64,000 nt of DNA from positions 28,251 through 92,250 of the forward strand of contig CAVYRW010000002.1 of NCBI GenBank assembly GCA_963771045.1. Direction: 5' to 3'. Shown piece by piece: positions 11,739-22,085 of this stretch (its first letter is position 1; every line of letters begins with the position of its first letter). Position numbers and translations under genes: made by a program. This DNA is from Waddliaceae bacterium (lineage in GTDB: Bacteria > Chlamydiota > Chlamydiia > Chlamydiales > SLFE01). Under the pieces are notes generated by a model. That model saw only the letters and a list, made by a program, of their open reading frames with translations, was not told the DNA's origin and did not search any database.

Positions 11739-13800
11739 GGGGCTTCAACCAAAAAATTGACGACTGGGGTTCTTCAACATTCGCTCCGGGAATTAAATCC
11801 TGCCGATCGGCGGGGATAAATACATTCTCTACATACTCACGGTAAAGAAAAGCGGCTTTGGGGGTATATAAAAATGTGTAAGGCTGCTCTTCGTGAATGA
11901 TTTGATGAAACCGATGATAGAGTTCAATCCTTTTCTCTTTGTTATATTCAAAATCAAGTGCATTGATAATTTTATCTGCCTCCCGGCTAGAAAATCCCAC
12001 CGCATTGGAAGATCCCTTTTCTTTCGCCCCCTGAGACGACCACAATTGCCTCGGGTCTTCCGGAGGGGTGCCGAGAGCCCATCCAAGCGCGAGGGCGTCG
12101 AAGCTTTTGTCGTCGAACATCGCCGAAATGTCGGCAAGATCAACCCCGTTGAGATGGCAGTCAATGCCCACCTCCCTAAGAGCCGTTGCCACATACTCGC
12201 ATACCGCCTTTGTTGTAGAATTTTTCACATAGTATGTCAGTGCGAAGGAAAAAGGAATCCTCCGGCCATCGATCTCCTTATCGCGTATGCCGTCGTCATT
12301 GCTGTCGAACCAGCCCTCTTCTTCCAAAAGCAGCCTTGCCAAGACAGGGTCGTACGGATACGGCTCAATCGTCTTGTCATAAGAAGGGGAGCCGATAAAA
12401 AAAGGACCGGTGATCTCAACTCCCATGTCATTTAATATACTGCTGATGATCCGCTTTCGATTGATGGACATTGTCAGCGCCTGGCGCACTTTTTTATTTT
12501 GAAAATAAGGGCGGGCCTCGTTCCATCCGATATAACTGTAGCTTCTGACCAGATAATCCAGTCTCTTGGCAGCCATATTGTTTTTCTTTTGCCGGATGTA
12601 GAGGTCGGATTCTAAGAACTCTTTCCACTCGATGAGCTGGTCAGGACTCAAAGTCACGGTATCGACCTGGCCGATCTTAAAATCCTGCCATGCCGAATCG
12701 GGATTGTCTCTAAACATCGTTGTTCTCTCTGTCATCAAAGCCAGATAAGGATTAAAGTAACCGGCACGCCTCTTCAGCTTTATCCGCTTATCGTTCCATC
12801 CCTCAAAACTCCAAGCCCCGCAGCTCACAATGAAATTTTTAGCCCAATGTTCGGCAAAGTTCTGCGCCCAAAGCGAACTTTTTCTAAAAGTGTCTGGATC
12901 TTGATCATTTGCGATGATTTTTTTTCCGCTTGGAAAATATTTGTAAACAAAAGAAGCCAGAGGCATCATCGATGCGGTCAACTGTTTGGCCGCATAGCGA
13001 ACCCTTTCGACTCCGCCTATGTTCTTAGTTTTCCACCTAGCAACAAGAGTGTGGCTGTCAATGACTTCTACCGATTCGACATCCCCATAGTAGGTTCTAA
13101 GAGCGACAGCGCCCGCTTCCTGATTGAATGGGTTCATCATCGCGTCATACCAGAATTTATAATCATGCGCAGTCACGGGATGCTTCCTGAAAAATTGCGG
13201 AGCCAAAGGGGAAGTTCCTGCGGAAAAAGACTGCCGGAGAGGCTCCCAACTCAAATCGCTGCGCAGAAAAAGCCAAAATTCAGGCTTGCCGCTCTTTTTG
13301 TTTGTCCTCTCTTCCATTCTATAAGCGGCCGCCGGGGCAAGAGTCTCATAAATGCCGAATTGACCCGTCCCTAAAGAAACAGTGCAAAGCCCTCTCCAAT
13401 CATTCACCTGGCTCCAATTGCTGAAAGGTTTGAGGTTTTTAGGCCTTCCGATCACAGCCTGCCGATAATTCCCCGAAGGAGTGAATTTCGCCCCGAGCAT
13501 TTTAGGGAGGGTTGACAAGTAAAATGGATCTTCAGTGAAAAGATTTTCGTCCTCAAACGCTGGGCTCTTTTTTTTTTCTTCTTCAGGCGCCTGCATCCTG
13601 TCGATAATGTCGTCTCTGACTCTGTCAATTTCCACCCTGACATCGTAAAGATCATTCTTCAATGAGTGAATGCTTTGTTTTAATTCATTGACATTCTGTT
13701 CGATAAGATCCGAGGACCAATAGAGCATCGCCATAAATGCCAAAACGGCAAGCCCCATGATGTAGCGAAAAATATACAAGCCGATAGGTTCTTTATTCAT
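11731..13800 (-). CDS. oppA: Peptide ABC transporter substrate-binding protein (OppA/DppA family 5)
   Basis: N-terminal anchor; VRQALTMSINR, PYPYDP and LLEEEGW motifs; in operon with the permeases. Confidence 0.85.
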   Translation of the reverse strand: MNKEPIGLYIFRYIMGLAVLAFMAMLYWSSDLIEQNVNELKQSIHSLKNDLYDVRVEIDRVRDDIIDRMQAPEEEKKKSPAFEDENLFTEDPFYLSTLPKMLGAKFTPSGNYRQAVIGRPKNLKPFSNWSQVNDWRGLCTVSLGTGQFGIYETLAPAAAYRMEERTNKKSGKPEFWLFLRSDLSWEPLRQSFSAGTSPLAPQFFRKHPVTAHDYKFWYDAMMNPFNQEAGAVALRTYYGDVESVEVIDSHTLVARWKTKNIGGVERVRYAAKQLTASMMPLASFVYKYFPSGKKIIANDQDPDTFRKSSLWAQNFAEHWAKNFIVSCGAWSFEGWNDKRIKLKRRAGYFNPYLALMTERTTMFRDNPDSAWQDFKIGQVDTVTLSPDQLIEWKEFLESDLYIRQKKNNMAAKRLDYLVRSYSYIGWNEARPYFQNKKVRQALTMSINRKRIISSILNDMGVEITGPFFIGSPSYDKTIEPYPYDPVLARLLLEEEGWFDSNDDGIRDKEIDGRRIPFSFALTYYVKNSTTKAVCEYVATALREVGIDCHLNGVDLADISAMFDDKSFDALALGWALGTPPEDPRQLWSSQGAKEKGSSNAVGFSSREADKIINALDFEYNKEKRIELYHRFHQIIHEEQPYTFLYTPKAAFLYREYVENVFIPADRQDLIPGANVEEPQSSIFWLKPHA

Positions 13801-13880
13801 AGCCCGAAAAATATCACTCAGATTGACTTAAATGAAAGCCCTATTGGATCATTCAATTAGTTAAAACACCAACACAGTTT

Positions 13881-15977
13881 ATGGATCCCATTGATAATAA
13901 AATACTTGAAAATTTAAGCCATCACCCTGAATGGCTGAAAAGGGTTCTCATCGTCGAAGATGACAAAATATCTCTTGAAGTTCTCCAATTAACACTTGAA
14001 AAGGCAGGCCTCGACACCCATACGGCCGCTGACGGGAAAAGCGCCCTAAAGCTGCTCAGGGAAACCGATTTTGCCGCGATCATCTGCGACAGAAAACTGC
14101 CGGGAATAAACGGCCTGAAAGTTTTGCAAAATGCCAAGGAAATGCAGCCTGATATGGTCTGTATAGTCGTAACAGGAGCGACCAACCTTCTTGAGGCGGC
14201 CGATCTTATCAATTTCACTCATATTTCCCATTTTATTCTCAAGCCCTGGGATTATCACGGGCTCTTGACAGCTGTTGTCTCATCTATTGAAAAGTACAAC
14301 CTTCTCAAGGATAACAAAGCTTTGCACATACTCAACGAAAAGAATGCGGAAACGCTCAGACAAAACAATGAAGCCTTTCAAAAAGAACTTGCCATCGGCG
14401 GCAGAGTGCAAAACCTGCTTCTGGAAGGAAGTTTTCCCGACGACATTGCCGGAATAGATATCAAAGGACTTACGATCCCCTCGCAGTATATCGACGGTGA
14501 TTTTTACGATTTTTTTAGGCCCGCGTCCCATCTGTTTGATGTCGCTTTTGGCGATGTTATGGGAAAAGGGCTGCCGGCAGCTCTTGTAGGGCTGGCGGCA
14601 AAAGCGCAGCTCACTCGTTTTGCCTGTCCTTTGGATGCCAACATAGCATTCAAAAAACCTAAGGGTTGGCATATTGATGTTTTGCAGCCGGATGAAATAT
14701 TGAACCTAGTGAAAAATGAACTCTATAAACCACTCCAACTATTGGAGCAATTTGTCTCTTTGTTTTATTGCCGATTCAATTTCAAAGAACAAACGCTTGC
14801 ATATGTTGATTGCGGCTCGACAAAACCGATACACTATCGGGCAGGCAAAAAAAATGCGGTATTTTTCAAAGGAGAAAATTTCCCACTGGGAATTGGCAAA
14901 AAAGACGAACAATATATCCTAAAAGAAGTTCCTTTCCGAAAGGGGGATATATTTGTATTTTACTCAGACGGCCTCACAGAAGCCCGCTCGCCGGATGGGA
15001 AACTTTTTGGAGTCGATCGCTTGAAGAAGCTTGTCGAAACCCACTCGCAAAAAAAATGCGGTGATTTCATCCAAACCCTTAAAGAAGAAGTATCGAATTT
15101 CACCTGCCAATCTCAATTTGAAGACGATTTCACATTGATCATTGTCAAAATCCTGACATCGACACCTCTTGAGTACAAACCTTCGGAAAACGTCGCCAAA
15201 TTCAACAGCCACATCTCTCAACTGAATGCCGTGAGAAAATTTGTCGAAAATTTTTGTACACAGGTTTCGAAAAAAACAAAATCAATTCAACATCTTTTGC
15301 AGGTTGCCCTCGATGAAATTTTCTGCAATATTGTCCATCACAGCTATCATGAGCAAAGCGGGCGCGAAATTGTTATTCAGGCGAATTTTAACGAGAAGGG
15401 TCTGATCTTTGAAATTCTCGACCAGGGAGACCCTTTTGATCCATCTGCAATCAACCATCCCAGCTTAGCAGGAGACAAAGAAAGGGGCTTTGGCTTTTAT
15501 CTCGTTAAGGAGATCGTCGATGAAATTGTTTATCAAAGAAAAAAAACTCCAAATGGTTGGAATAGTTTAAGAATTATCAAAAAAATCAATATCGAAGAGG
15601 AGATTATGGATATCTCGCACTTTAAAAGAGACAATATCATTGTCATCACATTGGAAGGGGGAAATTTAGATGCAAAAGAAACCCCTGATTTCAAGAAGCA
15701 TGTAGCCGAATTGATCGAAAAAGAAGGCACGCGCCGTGTGGTTCTGGATTTGTCGAACCTCAATTTTATCGACAGCACAGGCCTCGGCAGCTTTTTGTCG
15801 CTGCTAAAACTCTTAAACGGAGAAAGCGGAGACTTAAAACTGGCAAACATGTCTAAACAGATCAAAACAATCTTTGAGCTGGTTTGCATGCATAAAATTT
15901 TTGAGATTTATAATACTGTGGACGATGCGATTGCAGCTTTTTCTACTCCATCGGGACAGCCTGAAAAGAGCCATTAA
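13881..15977 (+). CDS. Fused partner-switching regulator: REC + SpoIIE/PP2C phosphatase + RsbW-like kinase + STAS
   Basis: REC (VLIVEDD, IICD, KPW); PP2C (GDFYDF, GDVMGKG, YSDGLTE, EDDFT); HATPase (DEIFCNIVHH, DQGDPFD, RGFGF); STAS (FIDSTGLG). Confidence 0.88.
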   Translation: MDPIDNKILENLSHHPEWLKRVLIVEDDKISLEVLQLTLEKAGLDTHTAADGKSALKLLRETDFAAIICDRKLPGINGLKVLQNAKEMQPDMVCIVVTGATNLLEAADLINFTHISHFILKPWDYHGLLTAVVSSIEKYNLLKDNKALHILNEKNAETLRQNNEAFQKELAIGGRVQNLLLEGSFPDDIAGIDIKGLTIPSQYIDGDFYDFFRPASHLFDVAFGDVMGKGLPAALVGLAAKAQLTRFACPLDANIAFKKPKGWHIDVLQPDEILNLVKNELYKPLQLLEQFVSLFYCRFNFKEQTLAYVDCGSTKPIHYRAGKKNAVFFKGENFPLGIGKKDEQYILKEVPFRKGDIFVFYSDGLTEARSPDGKLFGVDRLKKLVETHSQKKCGDFIQTLKEEVSNFTCQSQFEDDFTLIIVKILTSTPLEYKPSENVAKFNSHISQLNAVRKFVENFCTQVSKKTKSIQHLLQVALDEIFCNIVHHSYHEQSGREIVIQANFNEKGLIFEILDQGDPFDPSAINHPSLAGDKERGFGFYLVKEIVDEIVYQRKKTPNGWNSLRIIKKINIEEEIMDISHFKRDNIIVITLEGGNLDAKETPDFKKHVAELIEKEGTRRVVLDLSNLNFIDSTGLGSFLSLLKLLNGESGDLKLANMSKQIKTIFELVCMHKIFEIYNTVDDAIAAFSTPSGQPEKSH

Positions 15978-16062
15978 CACTTGTCACATAAAATTTTATT
16001 ATGATAAAAAAGAGACATTTCATCGTCCAACAAGCATTCTCCATTTTTATAAGGAGTCAGTT

Positions 16063-16509
16063 ATGAAAAAATGTTTTTTTTCTCTCGTATTTGGAGCCGT
16101 AGTCCCAGTACTTATCACCGCCTCTCTTTCAGCGAACCAAATGATGCCGCCGCCGCAAGGGCAAAACGGGCAGTCGCCGGGACACCCCATTCAAGGGGAG
16201 AACAGGCGATTCAGAGGGCCGCCGCCGCAAGGGCAAAACGGGCAGTCGCCGGGACACCCCATTCAAGGGGAGAACAGGCGATTCAGAGGGCCGCCGCCGC
16301 AAGGGCAAAACGGGCAGTCGCCGGGACACCCTATTCAAGGGGAGAACAGGCGATTCAGAGGGCCGCCGCCGCAAGGGCAAAACGGGCAGTCGCCGGGACA
16401 CCCCATTCAAGGGGAGAACAGGCGATTCAGGGGGCCGCCGCCACGCCGTGGTCCACCCCTTAAGCAAATGGATGAGCCTCCGACGACGACAATGTCCCGT
16501 ATGCCGTAA
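16063..16509 (+). CDS. Secreted low-complexity Pro/Gly/Gln repeat protein
   Basis: AAGGAG RBS at 16051, ATG 16063; signal peptide MKKCFF...ASLSA; four copies of PPPQGQNGQSPGHPIQGENRRFRG. Confidence 0.7.
   Translation: MKKCFFSLVFGAVVPVLITASLSANQMMPPPQGQNGQSPGHPIQGENRRFRGPPPQGQNGQSPGHPIQGENRRFRGPPPQGQNGQSPGHPIQGENRRFRGPPPQGQNGQSPGHPIQGENRRFRGPPPRRGPPLKQMDEPPTTTMSRMP
16147..16434 (+). repeat. 72-bp coding tandem repeat, 4 near-identical copies
   Basis: Units start at 16147, 16219, 16291 and 16363. Confidence 0.95.
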
Positions 16510-16573
16510 GAGAACCAAAAAAAAACTTTGAGCATAAGCAGCATTAACATTTGAAAAACAAAAAAGGATCAAC

Positions 16574-18238
16574 GTGAAAGCCATTCTGAGCATATTTATC
16601 GCCATCGCTGTCGCTGCGGCTGTCGCCATTGGAATCGGAGCCTACTTTTGGACCCCTCTCGACAAAACATTCGAAAAAATTTACGATCAGCCCGAAGAAA
16701 AAGTGTATGAAGAAGAAGACGAAGAGGAGGCCGAAGAAACTCCCCCAGAGGAAGACTCCAGGGAAGTAGAAGAGGAAAACACACAAAACCTCATCACACT
16801 CGCCATTAATTGCGTGAATGAAGATCCGCAGCAGTGCTGGAAATATCTGGAGAAGGCTGTAGAAAAAGAGCCCCATAACGCCCAAGCCAGAATTTTTCGC
16901 GCTCAAATTCTTGAAGAAGTCGGAAAACCCAGCATGGCCCGGGAAGAATACCTTCTGGCCGAAGCGGAAAATCCCCGCGACTATACTCTTGCCAAAGAAT
17001 ATGCCGGTTTTTTGATGCGCACGGGACACTACGATGAAGCCTATCGGCTGATGTCTTCCGATATCGCACCTCCGAGTCATTCGGATATCTGGTTGAATGC
17101 TTTATTTTTCCACAAAATTTATAAGCCGGTTGTTTTCGAATGGAAAAAAAACCGCATCCCGCAAGGTAGAACAAAGCCTCTTGTCCGCTATCTCATCAAA
17201 CTTCCTAAAGAGCAGTTCTGGAACGGAATTGTCTATCAATCCGTTCCCTATAATCACGATTTTTCCGAAAGCCAGCAGTCCACATATTGGCTGAAACTCT
17301 TCGAGACCCTCGACAATCAGAAGGAATCCCTTGCTCTTGATCTGATGAATCAAAACAAATTTCAGCACCGGTCATGGAATCCTCAGCTCGAAATCAATCT
17401 TCGCCGCATCTTATCCTACCGCCAAAACCGCACACTGCAAATTGACGAGCAAAGTCCGGTCTTTGAAAGATTCAAAAAATCGGCGCAAAAAACAACCCCT
17501 TTAACTTATGATCTTCATGAACTCGCAGAAAAAGAAGCGATGGTTGTCAACTATGAAATTCCCGACCACATGAGGCAGCTTTTGTTTAGCGATGAAATTT
17601 TCGCAACCGCTCTCATTGACACCGGCTGGGATGAAGCCGCCATACGCTTTCATCGCGTTGAAACACACACCCCGGCAATGCCTGAATGGGCCGCCTATCG
17701 TTTTACTGAAGCCTTAAAAGAAAACAGGGGCAATCTCGCTGCCCTGCAGTTTGCCGATAAACAAAATAAAACCCCCGAACTGAACCTTCTGATCGCCGAA
17801 CTTCTTTATGAAACAGGGGATAAGAAGCAGGCCGCCGCAAAACTTGTGCCTCTGTCGCAAGTAGAGAATGCCACCGGAATTCAGGCCGCCCGCCTTTTGG
17901 CCGGTTTATATATCCGCGAACAAGAGTTTCAAAAAGCCAAGGATTTTATCTCGAGAACTCCCAATCTATCAAACCATGTTTGGGGGCAGGAGCTGATCGC
18001 CAGAATCTTCCTCGAAGAGAATCAACCCGAACTGGCCTGCCAGCTTTACCTGAGCATTGAGAAAGAGTCCTCAGAGGCAAAGTCGTTCCTCGCCAGACGG
18101 GCCTACACAGGCCAAGACTGGAACCGCGCCCAAAAGTTGACCGAGGAGCTGATCGCCGAATATCCCGACATTGATATGTTCAAACAAAATCTCAAACGAA
18201 TCCAAGAAAAAATCAGCCGCCAAAAAGAGAGAGAATGA
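16574..18238 (+). CDS. Membrane-anchored TPR-like protein
   Basis: N-terminal TM, acidic linker, TPR-like helical repeats. Confidence 0.65.
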   Translation: MKAILSIFIAIAVAAAVAIGIGAYFWTPLDKTFEKIYDQPEEKVYEEEDEEEAEETPPEEDSREVEEENTQNLITLAINCVNEDPQQCWKYLEKAVEKEPHNAQARIFRAQILEEVGKPSMAREEYLLAEAENPRDYTLAKEYAGFLMRTGHYDEAYRLMSSDIAPPSHSDIWLNALFFHKIYKPVVFEWKKNRIPQGRTKPLVRYLIKLPKEQFWNGIVYQSVPYNHDFSESQQSTYWLKLFETLDNQKESLALDLMNQNKFQHRSWNPQLEINLRRILSYRQNRTLQIDEQSPVFERFKKSAQKTTPLTYDLHELAEKEAMVVNYEIPDHMRQLLFSDEIFATALIDTGWDEAAIRFHRVETHTPAMPEWAAYRFTEALKENRGNLAALQFADKQNKTPELNLLIAELLYETGDKKQAAAKLVPLSQVENATGIQAARLLAGLYIREQEFQKAKDFISRTPNLSNHVWGQELIARIFLEENQPELACQLYLSIEKESSEAKSFLARRAYTGQDWNRAQKLTEELIAEYPDIDMFKQNLKRIQEKISRQKERE

Positions 18239-18245
18239 TACAAAG

Positions 18246-19241
18246 CTAATCATTTTTCTCAAGCTGCAAAGAATCATCAGGCTCTAAAAGAGACGCACAT
18301 CTTTCCCGAATAGGATGGCCCCGAGGTATATGAAGATCTTTAAAATGTTTCTGGACACACTCCGCTAATAAGACGGCTTCGCCACTTTCGCTTTTCAATT
18401 TTTCCATAATATATCGATGGCAGTCATCCTTAAGGTGAGGATGAATAACAAAAATTTGAGACCATCGAAACACATGTTTATCAAACCAGCATCGCCGGTC
18501 ATTGTAGAGCCTAAAATAATCCTCGTGTTTTTCAGGGGGGATGAATATCGAGTTGTCCAGCATAAGACATCTCCATCGACTGTTTTTAATAATACCAAGA
18601 TGGGGATAAGCTTTTTCCAATACAGAGCCCTCATAAAAGATTAAGTCATTTATGATAGATCGAATGAAAAATGGTTTTGGGCTTTCAACCTTATTTAAGA
18701 TTTTAAATAGCTCCTCATGCTTGTTGGGAGGAACAAGAGAAATTTTATCAATGAAATGGGGAATATCCCAGGTATATTCGAGCTGATCTAAGAAAGAAAA
18801 GAGTCTTTTGAGATAAGCTAATTTATTTTGTCTGGCTAGACCATTTAATATAAAAAACACTTTTTCTTTCCTGAAACGATAGCGGGTTAAAAGCAATCTT
18901 GTTGTCTTGAAAATGTGCTCTCTTTCACTTTCGGAAAGTCTGGGGAGGTAGCGCGACTTCAGATAAGACTCATCGCCATAGAACAACATAAGCAAGTGAG
19001 TGATACCGATCCTATCTAGCTTCGAAATTCCATTGAGTTCAAGCAAGTAGTTTATAAATTCATCTGAATATTCGGATAGTTTATAAAAGCAAGAGGCTAA
19101 TTCATATTGCTGTTTTATAGAAAAAACTGCCAAGACATTAAAGAACTGTTCAATACGCCTCCCTTTTGGATGATAGAACTTGATGGCCACACCACCGGCT
19201 TTTGGACAAATTTTTGAGGAAAAAGGTACATAAGCCCTCAA
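18246..19241 (-). CDS. Hypothetical protein (AT-rich); possibly the continuation of the upstream ORF
   Basis: 331-aa ORF overlapping the stop of 19238-20218. Confidence 0.5.
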   Translation of the reverse strand: MRAYVPFSSKICPKAGGVAIKFYHPKGRRIEQFFNVLAVFSIKQQYELASCFYKLSEYSDEFINYLLELNGISKLDRIGITHLLMLFYGDESYLKSRYLPRLSESEREHIFKTTRLLLTRYRFRKEKVFFILNGLARQNKLAYLKRLFSFLDQLEYTWDIPHFIDKISLVPPNKHEELFKILNKVESPKPFFIRSIINDLIFYEGSVLEKAYPHLGIIKNSRWRCLMLDNSIFIPPEKHEDYFRLYNDRRCWFDKHVFRWSQIFVIHPHLKDDCHRYIMEKLKSESGEAVLLAECVQKHFKDLHIPRGHPIRERCASLLEPDDSLQLEKND

Positions 19242-20273
19242 AACTTTAATAGTTCCAATTCCTTGTCATAGGAATCTATGGGATTGAGGCGTTCTAAAAA
19301 AGGGTCTAATAACTCAAGGCAGCCGGCAAGTTTTGAAGTAGGAATTTTAGCCAAAATATGAAGAAGGGTGCAAATGCAGCTTGCCTCATGACGTTTGTAA
19401 ATATGAATGGCCGCATCAATTAATGGCGGCCTATTCTCTAAAGGAATTTTTTTTAGGTCAAATATCGCAAATCGTCTATCCAGCCAATGCATTTTTATCA
19501 GGGAAAAACGCTTGCAATATTCCCTTTCAATAAGAGAGAGCATCGAAATGCCCTCGAGCATTTGAGCAACATCTTTTCCGTCCATCGTATTATCGAACAG
19601 CGACGCGGCATGACCGGTTACATCAGCAGGATCTTCAAGCCGATCAATGGCTTCAAGAATCTTTGCGGCATCCTTTCCCGTCATTTGGTCATGGACAAAC
19701 CCGGCTGCCCTCTCAAGTGTTTGATACCGGGTACCTGTCTGCAGCATTAATGTTTGCGTTAGAATGATTTTGACATCGTCTCCATTCATATTCTTATGAA
19801 TAGCTGCCGCTGCAGCTTTAGCGGCAGACTCTTTTTCTGTGGACAAATAGCCAAAAAGAATGGCAAGGTTTGTCCCAAAAAAGGAGGAACTCGCTTCCCA
19901 GCGATAATCCGAAAGACATTTAAGAGTTTGCAGGGTTATTTCAATATCCTCTTTTTTCATTGAAGAGGTAATGAGGGGAGCGGCGAGTTTTTGAAGAAAT
20001 GTTCTCTGTTGAACGGATAAGTTTGAATCGTGGGAAAGTAATACCTTCAGGGCGAGCCTGGCTGCTTTTCGACAGTTTTTATTGTCCGAAATGCAGCAGA
20101 TCTTTTTATTTGCTAAGACAAGCGGATCGATATGGCAAGGGGAAATTTGATCACGATTATCTCGCCACCAGTCGATGAACCGATTCCGAATGTTTTGCCC
20201 TTGAAGGACTTTCTGCAAAATCCTCTCGGCTGTCGGCTTTTGTTAATTGATTGAATGTAGTTTCAAAACTCAT
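19238..20273 (-). CDS. Hypothetical helical-repeat protein; 5' frameshift
   Basis: ORF 19238-20218 with recurring MxGxD motifs; probable ATG (MSFETTF) at about 20273 in another frame. Confidence 0.5.
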
Positions 20274-20811
20274 CGGTGCTGCCTCGCTCTGGAAAGGATA
20301 GAGGAAAAGAAATTTTAAAAAATGCTTTTCCGATCCTGGAGGGGAGGTTAAACAGAATTTTATCGAGCAAAACAGCCTTGTAAACAAAAGAGCGGAAAAT
20401 ACATCGTACAAATTTGGCGATACGAAGGTCAAGAGGGATGATTTCTCCCGGCTCGAGGCAAGGCTCCTCATTATTTTTGAAGGCGAGACTGACTTTCTGG
20501 CGTGTGGATAGCGATTCTGCTCTTCCAAGTTTTAAGGGCAAGCCTGTTTCATAAGTCAGCTTGAATCGTTCATCGACTGTTGTCTGCTGATTGAGGATAA
20601 TTTTGACAAAAACCCGGTGAAATTTCGATTTGCAAGAGGGACAGTGTTTGCAGCTATTCTCCGAAAGCTCGGAGCGGATGAGAATTTTCCTACAGCATGG
20701 AGTCACTAAACTCTGACGCAAAAGAACCAGCTTATGGGTTTTTTCGACATAGGAAAAAGCGACAGTTCTTAATCCGGAATTTGTTTCTAACATCGCTGTT
20801 ATTATTAACAA
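20263..20811 (-). CDS. Hypothetical Cys-motif protein
   Basis: 182 aa; PCC...CKHCPSC. Confidence 0.45.
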   Translation of the reverse strand: MLIITAMLETNSGLRTVAFSYVEKTHKLVLLRQSLVTPCCRKILIRSELSENSCKHCPSCKSKFHRVFVKIILNQQTTVDERFKLTYETGLPLKLGRAESLSTRQKVSLAFKNNEEPCLEPGEIIPLDLRIAKFVRCIFRSFVYKAVLLDKILFNLPSRIGKAFFKISFPLSFPERGSTDEF

Positions 20812-20841
20812 TTCTTTTTTTTAGGCAAGATCGGGAAAAAA

Positions 20842-22071
20842 TCATTTCGGGATTCCGGCAGCGAGTTTAGTTCTCCCTGCGAAATTCAGCTGCAAGGCCG
20901 CGGAAAAACAAAAGAAAAATCCAAGTACCATCACAACGGCCGGACCTCCCAAAGCGCAAAGGAGTCCTCCAAGAGGATTAGCGACGCACCCACGCATTCC
21001 GACTGTGAGGACATTGACACTGCTGTAGAGAGAGCTGTCTTCATCACGCGAAAAAATCGGGCCCGAGAGCTTCCAAGCCAACTCGCTTCCCGCCTGCATC
21101 ACTCCATAGCCAAGATACGAAAGATAGAGAAGAATCAACGAATATTGAGCTGACAACAGACCTAAAGGAAAAAGGGAGAACATAAAAACCACAAGAGCGG
21201 AAAACTTGAAAATGTTCACATGGTTCATCCAATTCGCCCAAAGCCCTGATGTCAAAGCAAATCCGATCCCTTTGCACATAGTCATCGCCATGCCTAGTTC
21301 TTTGTAATTTAAGTTAAGCGTGCCCATAAAAAATTCGGGAAGAGCAGGCTGCAGCACCATGATGCCGAAGCCGCCAAGCATAAATCCGATTTGAAAATTT
21401 TTATAATCGGGTCTCTCTTTAAGTAAAATTCCCACATTCCTCCAGGGGCGAAGCAGAGGACGAAGGGGTTTGGCTTCCTCGTATTCAGGTTCTTCGACCC
21501 TGGGTATTTTGAGCTGCAGGAAAATGGAGAGCAAAGAAATCAAAGAAGTGAGGAAGAAGATCCAGCGCCACGACTGATAATAATCGTCCATCATCCAGCC
21601 GAAAAAGACCGGAAAAATGGCGCTTCCGACGTAGGAGACCGTAATTGAATAGGCGACAATTTTCTGTCTGAGCGATCCCTTCGTATTCTGTTTTATCAAT
21701 TCCATCCAGGCGGGAATTACGCCGCGGTAAAACAGCATGTAAAGAGCAAACGACCCGATAAACCACCAGATATTGTCAAACCAGGGAAAAAAAAGAAAAG
21801 GGAGGTGGCCAATGATATTGCCGGCGATGACGTTGGGCACCAAGCGGTCTGCCCGCTTGTTCACATAATCGCTCCAGTATACGGAAAAGATCGATACAAC
21901 CGGTTTCAGAGTAATCATCAGGGTAATCTGCCAGGCCGAAGCTCCTAAATCCCGATACAAAATGAAGGGAAGAATATTATAAATCGCCCAAAACGGGGTG
22001 TTGAGAACATAGGACCACAAAAAGGCCTGTCTGGCCTCGCCCCCTTCTTTGCTGGCTTGAAGCGGAAACAT
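20842..22071 (-). CDS. MFS transporter
   Basis: 409 aa with about 12 hydrophobic helices. Confidence 0.8.
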   Translation of the reverse strand: MFPLQASKEGGEARQAFLWSYVLNTPFWAIYNILPFILYRDLGASAWQITLMITLKPVVSIFSVYWSDYVNKRADRLVPNVIAGNIIGHLPFLFFPWFDNIWWFIGSFALYMLFYRGVIPAWMELIKQNTKGSLRQKIVAYSITVSYVGSAIFPVFFGWMMDDYYQSWRWIFFLTSLISLLSIFLQLKIPRVEEPEYEEAKPLRPLLRPWRNVGILLKERPDYKNFQIGFMLGGFGIMVLQPALPEFFMGTLNLNYKELGMAMTMCKGIGFALTSGLWANWMNHVNIFKFSALVVFMFSLFPLGLLSAQYSLILLYLSYLGYGVMQAGSELAWKLSGPIFSRDEDSSLYSSVNVLTVGMRGCVANPLGGLLCALGGPAVVMVLGFFFCFSAALQLNFAGRTKLAAGIPK

Positions 22072-22085
22072 ACCTCGTTATTATA

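Noticed and set aside
16147..16434. CRISPR array
   Set aside because: Contiguous in-frame 72-bp units with no unique spacers and no cas genes
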